Shown piece by piece: positions 17,590 through 24,986 of a stretch of DNA of 45,251 nt (its first letter is position 1; each line of letters begins with the position of its first letter). Below the pieces are notes generated by a model. It ran no database searches, was not told where the DNA came from, and was given only the letters and a program-made list of their open reading frames with translations. The DNA lies in the IMG/VR virus record IMGVR_UViG_3300005830_000058, positions 1 to 45,251 of that record, one strand, 5' to 3'. Source of the stretch: a virus. A program made the translations under genes and the position numbers.

Positions 17590-18005
17590 CAGTCCGACTC
17601 GGGAACCGTGATGGTGCCTGCGCCCGTGATCTGCACGGACACGCCGGTAGTCACGCTGATGCTGTTCATCTCGACTTCGCCTCCGCCTGCGGTGACGGTG
17701 ACGGTGTCGAACTGGACGATGCACGTGGTTCCGTCGACCTTGTAGATCCGCGCGTACCCGGCCGTGCCTGTAGCGTCGGCGGAGGTGTCCTCTGGCGGGC
17801 CGGTGATGTCGAGGGTGATGACGCCGCTCGAGGCCGCACCGAAGACTGGGAAGTTGAGTGGGATGCTTGCCAGAAGCGTCCCCGATGCCGTCGTGTCGGC
17901 GTCGGCGGGAGCTGATCCGGTGTAGATCTTCATGGTCGACCCGCTATCGAGAGCGGCGTCGATCACGTCTGCCATGGCCGTCACGGTTGCCTCTGAGAGC
18001 TTCAT
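17589..18005 (-). CDS. Hypothetical beta-rich protein, 138 aa. First gene of the minus-strand operon.
   Basis: Listed ORF (MKLSEATVTAMADVIDAALDSGSTMKIYTGSAP...). I see no SD upstream, so it may be translated from a very short leader. Confidence 0.7.
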   Translation of the reverse strand: MKLSEATVTAMADVIDAALDSGSTMKIYTGSAPADADTTASGTLLASIPLNFPVFGAASSGVITLDITGPPEDTSADATGTAGYARIYKVDGTTCIVQFDTVTVTAGGGEVEMNSISVTTGVSVQITGAGTITVPESD

Positions 18006-18082
18006 GGTGGCGGTGGTAGGCGCACCAGGGCTACCTCGGCAACCGATAGCTTGCGCCGAGGCACTTGCGTTACTATCGGCGC
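18006..18082. promoter_or_regulatory. Divergent control region between the late (minus) and early (plus) modules, containing nested inverted repeats.
   Basis: - IR1: cctcggc (18034..18040) with gccgagg (18055..18061).
- IR2: ccgatag (18043..18049) with ctatcgg (18073..18079).
- TACTAT at 18071..18076 lies 6 nt before the ATG at 18083.
- On the minus strand, TTGCCG-N18-TACCAC ends 7 nt before the ATG at 18005. Confidence 0.45.
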
Positions 18083-18310
18083 ATGAAGAAAGCCAAACCT
18101 TCCCCTGTAGGGCTCTCGAAGCTGGAACTCGTCACGATCCACGAGGTTGCCGAGATGCTGGGGTTCACGCACCGGACGATCCGCAAGTGGGTCAAGGCGC
18201 GGTGCTTCCCCCAGCCGATGCGGTTCGGTCGGTCCCTGCGGTGGAAGCGGACGGTGATCGAGGCGTGGGTGGCCGAGCAGGAGCGGGCCTCGGCGAGGGC
18301 CAGGGCGTGA
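18083..18310 (+). CDS. AlpA/excisionase-type (MerR-like) HTH DNA-binding protein, about 75 aa.
   Basis: The listed ORF starts at TTG 18065; I prefer ATG 18083 (MKKAKPSPVG...). The string LVTIHEVAEMLGFTHRTIRKWVKARCFPQPMRFGRSLRWKRTVIEAWV matches the pattern of that family. Confidence 0.75.
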   Translation: MKKAKPSPVGLSKLELVTIHEVAEMLGFTHRTIRKWVKARCFPQPMRFGRSLRWKRTVIEAWVAEQERASARARA

Positions 18311-18315
18311 AAGGC

Positions 18316-18352
18316 AAGCGCCCGCGCCCCCCGGAGGGAGCGACGGGCGCTT
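18316..18352 (+). other. Stem-loop just after the HTH gene. Possible weak terminator or regulatory hairpin.
   Basis: aagcgcccg (18316..18324) pairs with cgggcgctt (18344..18352) over 9 bp with a 19-nt loop. No U-tract follows. Confidence 0.35.
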
Positions 18353-18450
18353 GATGAGCGTGCCCCGCGAGGGGTACTCTCTGGGCGTTGAGGCCGTCGG
18401 CACGGTAGACGGCGGCTCGCTGTCCTGCAACCCCCTGGAGGGATGTTCCC

Positions 18451-19314
18451 GTGTCCGAGAGGCTCTTGGCCGCCTGGTGGTGGATTGATCGCTGGCGGAA
18501 GAGTACGGCCTACACCGACCTGACCGCCGAGGAGCAGGGCCTCTACCGGAACCTCCTCGACGAGGTGTGGCTGCGGCACGACCACGTCATCCCGGACAAT
18601 CCGCGCACGCTCGCGATGGCCTCTGGCGACCCCGAGGCTTGGGCGCGGTGCGGTGCGCGCGTGCTTGAGCGGATGCAGCGTGTCGATGGGGGCTGGACGA
18701 ACGACACGCAGGCCGCCGTGTACGCCGAGGCCGCCGCCCGCAAGTCCGCCGCATCCGAGCTCGGAAAGCGCCGAGCGGAGTCCGCGCGACGTGGCCCAGG
18801 AGGGAAATTCCTTCCCAGCGCTGGCTCCACCGCTGGACCAGCCAACGGTCCAGCGCTGGACCAGCGTAGCGACCAGCCTCCGTCTCCGTCTCCGTCTCCG
18901 TCTCAGACACCAACACCGTCACAATCCTCAGAGACCAGAACTGCCGATCCGCGCAAGCGCGGTCGGCCCCGCAAGGTCCCGGACACGGTTCACGCCCAGT
19001 TCATCGACTGGTGGTGCGACGCCTGGGAGCTCCGGCGGGGCAGCCCTTACGCGATCCAGGCCAAGGACGCGGCTGCGGTCAAGGCGGTTCGCGTGCTGGC
19101 TAAGGAGAGCCTCGGCCTGATGCAGGAACGGGCCCTGAACCTGCTCGAGGCCGAGGACGCCTGGACCCACGAGAACGCGAGCCTTTCGCTGCTGCGCTCG
19201 CGCTGGAACAACCTCGCAGCCATCCCCGGGACCACGCGCAAGCCCGGCAAGATGGACTGGCTGGAGGCCGAGATCGCCAAGAAACGCAACGACGGAGGAA
19301 ACCATGCGGACTGA
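18451..19314 (+). CDS. DUF1376 (YdaU-like) replication-associated protein, 287 aa.
   Basis: It has a GTG start with a GGAGGG SD. The N-terminus (WWWIDRWRKSTAYTDLTAEEQGLYRNLLDEVW) resembles that prophage replication family. A Pro/Ser linker is followed by a C-terminal domain. Confidence 0.65.
   Translation: MSERLLAAWWWIDRWRKSTAYTDLTAEEQGLYRNLLDEVWLRHDHVIPDNPRTLAMASGDPEAWARCGARVLERMQRVDGGWTNDTQAAVYAEAAARKSAASELGKRRAESARRGPGGKFLPSAGSTAGPANGPALDQRSDQPPSPSPSPSQTPTPSQSSETRTADPRKRGRPRKVPDTVHAQFIDWWCDAWELRRGSPYAIQAKDAAAVKAVRVLAKESLGLMQERALNLLEAEDAWTHENASLSLLRSRWNNLAAIPGTTRKPGKMDWLEAEIAKKRNDGGNHAD
18878..18904 (+). repeat. Hexanucleotide microsatellite (CGTCTC), about 4.5 copies, encoding the PSPSPSPS linker.
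   Basis: Read directly: cctccgtctccgtctccgtctccgtctca. Confidence 0.9.
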
Positions 19315-19735
19315 GACCCTCGCCCTCATCAAGCGCCTCACGGAGGATTTCCCGGGCTTCTCGCTGACCCAAGAGCAGGCCGGTGGGTGGGACCAGCGCC
19401 TCGCCGAGTACGACGCGGTCCAGCTCGCCTACGCGGCGGACATGCTCGCGCGCCACCACCGGCACGGGCCCCCGAACCTGCCACACGTCCATTCGGCCAT
19501 CTGCGGAGTCCTGGAGCGCGTCCAGGAGCCCGTCACGGACCTTTGGGGCTGCACGCCCCTGCACGCCAACGGGGCGCCCGTGACCCAGGCAGCGATGCGC
19601 AGGGTCGGCCTGGACGGCGAGCCCCTGCCCGCCGCGATCCTCGAGCGCCTGCCCGCCCACGTGGCCCGGCTGGACGCCGAGGCCGCGCCCGCCGCCTACA
19701 CCGCGATCGCGCCACCCGATGAGCCCCCGTACTGA
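19304..19735 (+). CDS. Hypothetical protein, 143 aa. Possibly a helicase-loader (G39P-like) N-terminal domain.
   Basis: Listed ORF with a GGAGGA SD. It follows the replication protein. The pattern DFPGFSLTQEQAGGWDQRLAEYDAVQLAYAADML...PPNLPHV is reminiscent of that family. Confidence 0.6.
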   Translation: MRTETLALIKRLTEDFPGFSLTQEQAGGWDQRLAEYDAVQLAYAADMLARHHRHGPPNLPHVHSAICGVLERVQEPVTDLWGCTPLHANGAPVTQAAMRRVGLDGEPLPAAILERLPAHVARLDAEAAPAAYTAIAPPDEPPY

Positions 19736-19909
19736 GCGCCCCAGCCAGCGCGCCTCCCGCGCGCCACGCTGCGCGATCGGCCAGCCGGACGAAGAACCGG
19801 ACGGCCAGGAGCGATCGTCGCACACGCGCGCCCCCAGGGGCCTTCACGGGCAAGGGCCCGCTGGCGGCCCGAGGCGAAGCTCAGGGGAAGAAAGTCCGCA
19901 CTAGGCCAC

Positions 19910-19939
19910 TTGCGTCCTACCCGGAGCACCCGGTACGCT
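19910..19939 (+). promoter_or_regulatory. Candidate sigma70-type promoter, TTGCGT-N18-TACGCT.
   Basis: It lies in the 240-nt gap before the ATG at 19976 (SD AAGGAGA at 19964). It closely resembles the element at 28811..28839. Confidence 0.35.
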
Positions 19940-19975
19940 TGAGGCGCACTCGATTCCACCACCAAGGAGATTCCG

Positions 19976-20266
19976 ATGGCCCGAGGACCGAAGCGCAGTC
20001 CCGAGGAGATGGTCGCCCACTACGAGGAGCAGGCCAGGCTGGCGAAGGCCCGGCTCGGCCAGGCCGTAGGCCGCCACGTCTGGAAGGCGATCCAGGCGCT
20101 CAAGGACGCCATCGCGGCGATCCCCGATACCGACGACGACCAGGACGGCATAACCATCGAAGCCGCACAAAGAGAGTTGCGCACGTTGGCCGTCGAGCGG
20201 GACTGGGACCCCCCGAAGTCCAAGGCCCAGCCGAAAGCGGAGGCTTCTGGTGATGGCGGAAGTTGA
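19976..20266 (+). CDS. Hypothetical helical protein, 96 aa.
   Basis: Listed ORF with a strong SD. Confidence 0.65.
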   Translation: MARGPKRSPEEMVAHYEEQARLAKARLGQAVGRHVWKAIQALKDAIAAIPDTDDDQDGITIEAAQRELRTLAVERDWDPPKSKAQPKAEASGDGGS

Positions 20267-20525
20267 CGACCTGCCCGAAGAGGAGCGCAGCGGCACGTTC
20301 GAGGCTGACCGGCTGCTAGCTCGGCTGCACGACCGCAGGCACCGCCTGGGCTGGTCACGCGAGCAGATGCGCGAGGCCGTCAGGACCGCGAACCTCGTGC
20401 TGCTGCTGGAGATCGCCGCGCTCGACGACGAGATCGGCGACAAGCGACCGCCCGCGCCGGGCCCCGAAGGCTGCCCCGCATCTCCTCGGGCGCTGGAATG
20501 GCCTGGCGTGGGCTTTCCATCGTGA
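20250..20525 (+). CDS. Hypothetical protein, 91 aa. Possibly a small HTH.
   Basis: Listed ORF. LGWSREQMREAVRTANLVLLLE weakly resembles an XRE-type helix-turn-helix. Confidence 0.55.
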   Translation: MMAEVDDLPEEERSGTFEADRLLARLHDRRHRLGWSREQMREAVRTANLVLLLEIAALDDEIGDKRPPAPGPEGCPASPRALEWPGVGFPS

Positions 20526-21037
20526 CCGCTCCCGACAGGTGGAGCGGCAAGCTCGACCCGGCCGAGTTCTTCCTCGCCGGGGTCGTCGGCGTCATGCGCC
20601 GCTGCATGAACATTCGCGGCGGCGAGACGGTGCGGCGCCGCTCCGAGATCGGCATGTGGGACAAGGACATCATCGGCGCGATCGGCGAGATGTTCGCCTG
20701 CCAGAAGACGGGGCTTCGCTGGCTCTCCGTTCTCCAGAAGGGCGGGATGGATACGCTGCCGCTCGAGGTGCGCACGACGGACTACCACTATGGCAGCCTG
20801 ATCCTGCATCCCGAGGACCCCGACGACCGCATGTTCGTGTTGGTGACAGCCGACACGGAGTTCTACAGCTACTGCCTGCGCGGCGGGATCCTTGGCGCCG
20901 ACGGGAAGCACAAGCGCTTCTGGAAGGATAAAGCCAATAGCGGGCGACCGGCGTATTACGTTCCGCAGGACGCGCTTATGCCGATGGATGACGTGGCTGC
21001 GCAGTACCTCTCCGACTGGAGTTTCCCTGATGCCTGA
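20498..21037 (+). CDS. Hypothetical protein, 179 aa. Possibly a PD-(D/E)xK-like nuclease fold.
   Basis: Listed ORF. An alternative GTG start at 20522 would form a GTGA overlap with the previous stop. The motifs are GAIGEMFA ... D ... LEVRTT. Confidence 0.6.
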   Translation: MAWRGLSIVTAPDRWSGKLDPAEFFLAGVVGVMRRCMNIRGGETVRRRSEIGMWDKDIIGAIGEMFACQKTGLRWLSVLQKGGMDTLPLEVRTTDYHYGSLILHPEDPDDRMFVLVTADTEFYSYCLRGGILGADGKHKRFWKDKANSGRPAYYVPQDALMPMDDVAAQYLSDWSFPDA

Positions 21038-21536
21038 CCCCGACGACCCCAAGCCCACCCTCCCCGAGACCATCGCCCGGCTGCGGGAGCTGCACGAGAA
21101 TGCGACGCTGGGGCCGTGGAAGCTGCTGGCGAACCAGGGCATCGTCGGCGCTGACGGCGACCCGGTAGCGACCGCTCCGGGCCATCCTGCGGCGGGGTTC
21201 CGTAGGCTTGCCGATGAGAGAATCGCTAACGCCTGTCTGATGACGGAGACCCGCAACGCCCTCCCCGCCCTCCTGGACGCCGCTGAGGAGTGCGAGCGTC
21301 TGCGGGAAGAGCTTGAGTACCACTGCTCCTGCAAGTTCACCGAAGACGATGAGCCCGGTGTAGTGTGCGGATACCACCTGGAGAGGAATGAGCGCACCGC
21401 CCGCTACGAGGCGGCCCTGCGCGCGCGCGTGGAGGCGATGGATAGCGACGACGGCATGTACGGATCGTCCGAGTATTTCGCGGCGAGAGACGCCGCCATC
21501 AACCAGGCCCGCGAAGCGCTGGGGGAGAAGCCGTGA
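21030..21536 (+). CDS. Ead/Ea22-like protein (about 168 aa).
   Basis: The ATG at 21030 lies inside listed ORF 20892..21536. It carries PETIARLRELHENATLGPW and ends AREALGEKP in the junction linker. Confidence 0.65.
   Translation: MPDPDDPKPTLPETIARLRELHENATLGPWKLLANQGIVGADGDPVATAPGHPAAGFRRLADERIANACLMTETRNALPALLDAAEECERLREELEYHCSCKFTEDDEPGVVCGYHLERNERTARYEAALRARVEAMDSDDGMYGSSEYFAARDAAINQAREALGEKP
21516..21536 (+). repeat. Junction linker, copy a: gcgctgggggagaagccgtga.
   Basis: Read directly. It encodes the C-terminal ALGEKP, the SD and a GTGA stop/start overlap. Confidence 0.9.
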
Positions 21537-21751
21537 GCGAACCGATCCAGTGGCAATCGTGGTCGTGGTCCAGGCGCAAACTATGGGGTCTGGTCGTCGC
21601 GAAGTTCACGGAGCCTCCGATCGTCGGGCGCGCGTCGATTACAGTGACGCGAGACGACTTGATCGAGGCGGGCATCTTCGGCGGGTTCGACAGCAGCGGA
21701 AGGCCGTTGCCTCCAACCCAGGAGCAGCTTGCGGAGAGGAAGAAGCCGTGA
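21533..21751 (+). CDS. Hypothetical Trp-rich protein, 72 aa.
   Basis: Listed ORF with GTGA overlaps at both ends. Confidence 0.6.
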   Translation: MSEPIQWQSWSWSRRKLWGLVVAKFTEPPIVGRASITVTRDDLIEAGIFGGFDSSGRPLPPTQEQLAERKKP

Positions 21752-22473
21752 CCCTCCGTTCCGAGATCGAGGACATCCTCCGCGAGCACGTCGCCGCGCA
21801 CACGAGCCTGGAGGCGACGGTAAACGCGGTGATGCGCGTACCTGCGCTGGCACTGGCGCGCGTCGAGGGCTGGCGTGACGGCGTGCGCGAATACGCGACG
21901 TGGCGCGACGGCGAGCAGCTCGTCGGCTGCATGGAGACGCCGCTGGGCAAGGTGCTGGAACGCGGGCCATGCGGTGCCGTGCCAGAGTCGCAACGCGCGT
22001 TCGCCGCCCTCTCCCTCCTGGAGACCCCGATGCCTGACGAGATCCGGAGCGAGTTCCCGTGGGACGAAGAAGACGCCCATGTCCGGTCATGCGCGGGCTG
22101 CGCGAACGAAGGCCACCCCTACGTGCGGTCAACGTGCCGGGCGTGCCGGGGGATCGTGCTGGCGTCCCGCGCTGATCGCAACGAACACGGCAGCCGAGTG
22201 GCCCCGAGCGGCGACGCCGGGGGACAGGGCGCTGGAGGAAAGGTCAATACGCCCAGCGATCCGATCACTTACCACTCGGCTGCCGCCTCCCCCGAGCCCA
22301 GCGAGCACGCGCGGCGGTCCGTCTCACCGACGCCTGGGGATGTGGGGATGCTGGCGGAACATGCAGTCAACGCCGCAGTTCGTGCCGCCGTCCGCGAGTT
22401 CGCGGAGCGGGTCTGCCAGCACCTAGACGAAGAGGACGCCCGCATCGTGAGAGGGGAGGCCGACCGTGCCTGA
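21748..22473 (+). CDS. Hypothetical protein (about 241 aa); the fused-form paralog of 24211..24462 plus 24455..24898. It contains a CxxC...CxxC unit.
   Basis: The GTG at 21748 is in frame within listed ORF 21388..22473. The sequence runs VTLRSEIEDILREHVAAHTSLEAT...LSLLETPMPDEIRSEF...AVREFAERVCQHLDEEDARIVRGEADRA. Confidence 0.7.
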   Translation: MTLRSEIEDILREHVAAHTSLEATVNAVMRVPALALARVEGWRDGVREYATWRDGEQLVGCMETPLGKVLERGPCGAVPESQRAFAALSLLETPMPDEIRSEFPWDEEDAHVRSCAGCANEGHPYVRSTCRACRGIVLASRADRNEHGSRVAPSGDAGGQGAGGKVNTPSDPITYHSAAASPEPSEHARRSVSPTPGDVGMLAEHAVNAAVRAAVREFAERVCQHLDEEDARIVRGEADRA

Positions 22474-22522
22474 CCCCCGCCTGGAGAAGATCGCGCGGGA
22501 TGCGGCGGGGGAGAAGTCGTGA
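22466..22522 (+). pseudogene. 18-codon remnant (VPDPRLEKIARDAAGEKS) of the DPRLEKI gene family, truncated onto a junction linker.
   Basis: The 22-nt block gacccccgcctggagaagatcg (22472..22493) is identical to 24985..25006 at the start of the full-length gene. The frame then runs straight into gcggcgggggagaagtcgtga. Confidence 0.45.
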
Positions 22523-22761
22523 GCGTCAGGAAGATCCCCGAGCGCACGGTCGTCACCTGCGACCGCTGCGGGGTTGAGTGCAGCAACGGACTCGGTCCTG
22601 GTCGCCGCAGGATGAACGGACGGCTGATCGTCAAGGCTCACTCGCTCGATATGGTTGGCGACCCAGTCGCTGACGGGTCCTTCGAGCGCGACTTCTGCGA
22701 TGCGTGCATGTCTCTTGTTCTCGATGCGTTGCGCGAGGCGCTGAGGGACTCCGATGAGTGA
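22519..22761 (+). CDS. Small zinc-ribbon-like protein, 80 aa.
   Basis: Listed ORF with a GTG start in a linker. It carries CDRCGVEC ... FCDAC. Confidence 0.6.
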   Translation: MSVRKIPERTVVTCDRCGVECSNGLGPGRRRMNGRLIVKAHSLDMVGDPVADGSFERDFCDACMSLVLDALREALRDSDE

Positions 22762-23119
22762 CAAGGCCGCATGGAAGACTTCCCGCAAGGACATGGACTC
22801 CTTCCTGGCGTTCGTTCCAAGCGAACTGGAGGAAGGGTTCGTCGTGTACGCCTACCCGCCCGGTGACTCGGGTGAGCGGGTGGCGTTCTACGGGCCGGAT
22901 GCGCGCGAACGCGCGGACGATTACGCTGCGCTGCAAAACGATCGCATCCGTGACCGGGCAGCCCTGCGCGCGTGCGTGGAGGCGCTGGAGCACGCTCGGT
23001 GGCTGGCGACAGACGACTCAGTGGGAGCGGTGCTGTTTGTGGTCGGCGGCCCGCCGTTCCGCGACACCGCTGCCGCCGCCCTCGCCCTCGCCCGCGCCGC
23101 GCTGGGGGAGAAGTCATGA
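22754..23119 (+). CDS. Hypothetical protein, 121 aa.
   Basis: Listed ORF. It ends ARAALGEKS in a linker copy. Confidence 0.6.
   Translation: MSDKAAWKTSRKDMDSFLAFVPSELEEGFVVYAYPPGDSGERVAFYGPDARERADDYAALQNDRIRDRAALRACVEALEHARWLATDDSVGAVLFVVGGPPFRDTAAAALALARAALGEKS
23099..23119 (+). repeat. Junction linker, copy c: gcgctgggggagaagtcatga.
   Basis: Read directly. Confidence 0.9.
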
Positions 23120-23712
23120 GCAGTGAGACCATCGCCCGGCTGCGGGATCGCGTGTCAGTGGCCGAGGGCAGCGGCGTGTATGGGATGACAATCCGAATCC
23201 CGGCGACCGACGGGCGCGCGCTGCTCAACATCACTGCGGAGTGCGAGCTGCTGCGGGCTATCCACGACCGCATGGTGTTGGACGTGCGAGACATCGCGCA
23301 AGCCGCCGGTTTCTTCGGGGAGTGCGAACCGGCAGCGATCATCAAGCGCGTGGGTGACCAGCGGCAAGAGTGCGAGCGGCTGCGGGCCGAGAACTACCAC
23401 GACCTGCTCGACCAGATGGAGGAGCGGTGGGGGCCGATGAACGGCGGTGGGCCGTGCGACACGATCGGGCGCGTCGAGGTGCAGGCGTTCCTGGAATCGC
23501 GCGCCACGCACCGCCCGACGACTCGGCTGCGGGAGCGCCTCGCCAAGGCCGAGTCCGCCCTGCGCGCGTGCGCCGACGTGGTGCTCTCGGTAGTGCAGTC
23601 GCACAAGGGGAGCGTGGGCAGCATCGACAACATCTACAAGGCGCAGATCGGGCGTGAACACGCCGACGCCGCCATCACCACCGCGCGCGAAGCGCTGGGG
23701 GAGGAATCCTAA
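23116..23712 (+). CDS. Coiled-coil protein (about 198 aa), a divergent paralog of 21030..21536.
   Basis: The ATG at 23116 lies within listed ORF 22972..23712. It shares an identical 23-nt block, gagaccatcgcccggctgcggga (23125..23147 = 21066..21088), and the ECERLR string. It ends AREALGEES. Confidence 0.65.
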   Translation: MSSETIARLRDRVSVAEGSGVYGMTIRIPATDGRALLNITAECELLRAIHDRMVLDVRDIAQAAGFFGECEPAAIIKRVGDQRQECERLRAENYHDLLDQMEERWGPMNGGGPCDTIGRVEVQAFLESRATHRPTTRLRERLAKAESALRACADVVLSVVQSHKGSVGSIDNIYKAQIGREHADAAITTAREALGEES

Positions 23713-23966
23713 TGGTGCAGACGAAGGTGCTTCTGACAGTGGAGCGAGTGACCGACGACTCGACCGGGATCTGGTGCATCGACGAGCTGGAGTACGGAGT
23801 GCCCATCGTGACGCGCGACTGGCTAGACGCGAGAGACGGCCGACGCGAAGCGCTGGCGAGGTGGTTACGGATGCTGGCCGACGCATGCGAGGCACGGAGA
23901 GCCCCGTTCGGTGATGGGCTGAAAGGGCAAGTGCTGACGGACGAGGCGCTGGGGGAGAAGCCGTGA
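23712..23966 (+). CDS. Hypothetical protein, 84 aa.
   Basis: Listed ORF with a TAATG overlap. It ends EALGEKP in a linker copy. Confidence 0.6.
   Translation: MVQTKVLLTVERVTDDSTGIWCIDELEYGVPIVTRDWLDARDGRREALARWLRMLADACEARRAPFGDGLKGQVLTDEALGEKP
23946..23966 (+). repeat. Junction linker, copy e: gcgctgggggagaagccgtga (identical to copy a).
   Basis: Read directly. Confidence 0.9.
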
Positions 23967-24214
23967 CCCTTCCCGAAGAAATCGAGTGGAACATGGAGAG
24001 CGCTATCCTCGCACCTAACAACTGGTCGCCTGGTCTTGCTGCGGAGTGGGCGCGCAAGTATTGGGGGATCGCGGAGAGTGACCCCGTGCAAGTGTCAGAG
24101 CCGATGCGGTTCCGCAAGCGTCCCTCCCACGGCGGCGAATACGACATCTGGATCGACGAGGTTCCCGAAGGCGCGAACACGCGCGGGTCCTTCCTGGCGA
24201 GGCTCGTCCAATGA
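23963..24214 (+). CDS. Hypothetical protein, 83 aa.
   Basis: Listed ORF with a GTGA overlap. Confidence 0.6.
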   Translation: MTLPEEIEWNMESAILAPNNWSPGLAAEWARKYWGIAESDPVQVSEPMRFRKRPSHGGEYDIWIDEVPEGANTRGSFLARLVQ

Positions 24215-24462
24215 CCCTCCGCTCCGAGATCGAGGCCGTCCTCGCCGAGCACGTCGCCGCGCACACGATGTCCCTTGAGGCGACGCTGGACGCGGTGCTG
24301 CGGTGTGAGGCGATCGAGAGGGTGCGGGAGGCGTTGCGGGAGATCGCGGACCGCAAGGGGCCGTTCAGCCTCGACCCGGATGAGCACGCCAGGAACTGCG
24401 TAGAGCATATGGGGAGTTACGCCGAAACCGCCCTCTCCCTCCTGGAGACCCCCGATGCCTGA
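24211..24462 (+). CDS. N-terminal half of the split paralog (83 aa).
   Basis: MTLRSEIEAVLAEHVAAHTMSLEAT...LSLLETPDA stop. It is homologous to the first part of 21748..22473. Confidence 0.6.
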   Translation: MTLRSEIEAVLAEHVAAHTMSLEATLDAVLRCEAIERVREALREIADRKGPFSLDPDEHARNCVEHMGSYAETALSLLETPDA

Positions 24463-24898
24463 CGAGATCCGGAGCGAGCCCGACATCGCGAAGTCCAACG
24501 CGGAGCAGTCCGAACGGCTGCGCTGGATGACGCGCTGCGAAGAGCTGGGCCTGCCACTTGGCGACTGGCGGCGACTGCGAGACGAACACGGCAGCCGAGT
24601 GCCCCCGAGCGGCGACGCCGGGGTGAGCCATCCAGGTGGCGTCTTTCAGCACTCGGCTGCCACCTCCCCCGAGCCCAGCGATCACGCGCGGCGGGCGGCC
24701 GAAGGCCCCGCAATGGACATCTACGTCGCAGTCCTTCGTCAGGGCCACGGAGGCATCTCCAATGCCCAGCACATCGCCATCACGAACACGATCGCGGACG
24801 CCATCGACGCCGCCGTCCGCGAGTTCGCGGAGCGCGTCTGCCGAAACCTAGACGAAGAGGACGCCCGCATCGTGAGAGAGGAGGCCGAGCGTGCCTAG
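24455..24898 (+). CDS. C-terminal half of the split paralog (147 aa).
   Basis: MPDEIRSEP...AVREFAERVCRNLDEEDARIVREEAERA. The ATG overlaps the preceding stop by 8 nt. Confidence 0.6.
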   Translation: MPDEIRSEPDIAKSNAEQSERLRWMTRCEELGLPLGDWRRLRDEHGSRVPPSGDAGVSHPGGVFQHSAATSPEPSDHARRAAEGPAMDIYVAVLRQGHGGISNAQHIAITNTIADAIDAAVREFAERVCRNLDEEDARIVREEAERA

Positions 24899-24986
24899 GT
24901 TCAACTGCTGTAGCCGTCCGATCCTCGATTGGGACGGATTCATCTGGCGTTGCATCAATTGTGGATGGAGGGGCACCCGTGCATGA
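24891..24986 (+). CDS. Mini zinc-ribbon ORF, 31 aa (VPRFNCCSRPILDWDGFIWRCINCGWRGTRA). Not in the ORF track.
   Basis: My manual translation from the GTG at 24891, which overlaps the previous stop. The segment is absent from the paralogous junction at 22466..22472. Confidence 0.35.
   Translation: MPRFNCCSRPILDWDGFIWRCINCGWRGTRA

Noticed and set aside
17590-17724. His/Arg-rich 45-residue N-terminus of listed ORF 16933..17724.
   Set aside because: It overlaps the upstream gene out of frame. The ATGA-coupled Met at 17589 is the sensible start.
18065-18082. TTG start at 18065 for the HTH gene, and TTGCGT at 18065 as a -35 box.
   Set aside because: ATG 18083 gives a normal N-terminus. No -10-like hexamer lies 16-18 nt downstream of that TTGCGT. 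I could not find a convincing -35 for the TACTAT element either, so the promoter assignment there stays tentative.
19901-21397. 498-aa minus-strand ORF across the early genes. Similar cases are 23155..24498, 25549..26781, 27601..29190 and 30033..31184, all on the minus strand.
   Set aside because: All are Arg/Ser/Ala/Pro-rich antisense shadows of well-formed plus-strand genes that are chained by SD sites and stop-start overlaps.
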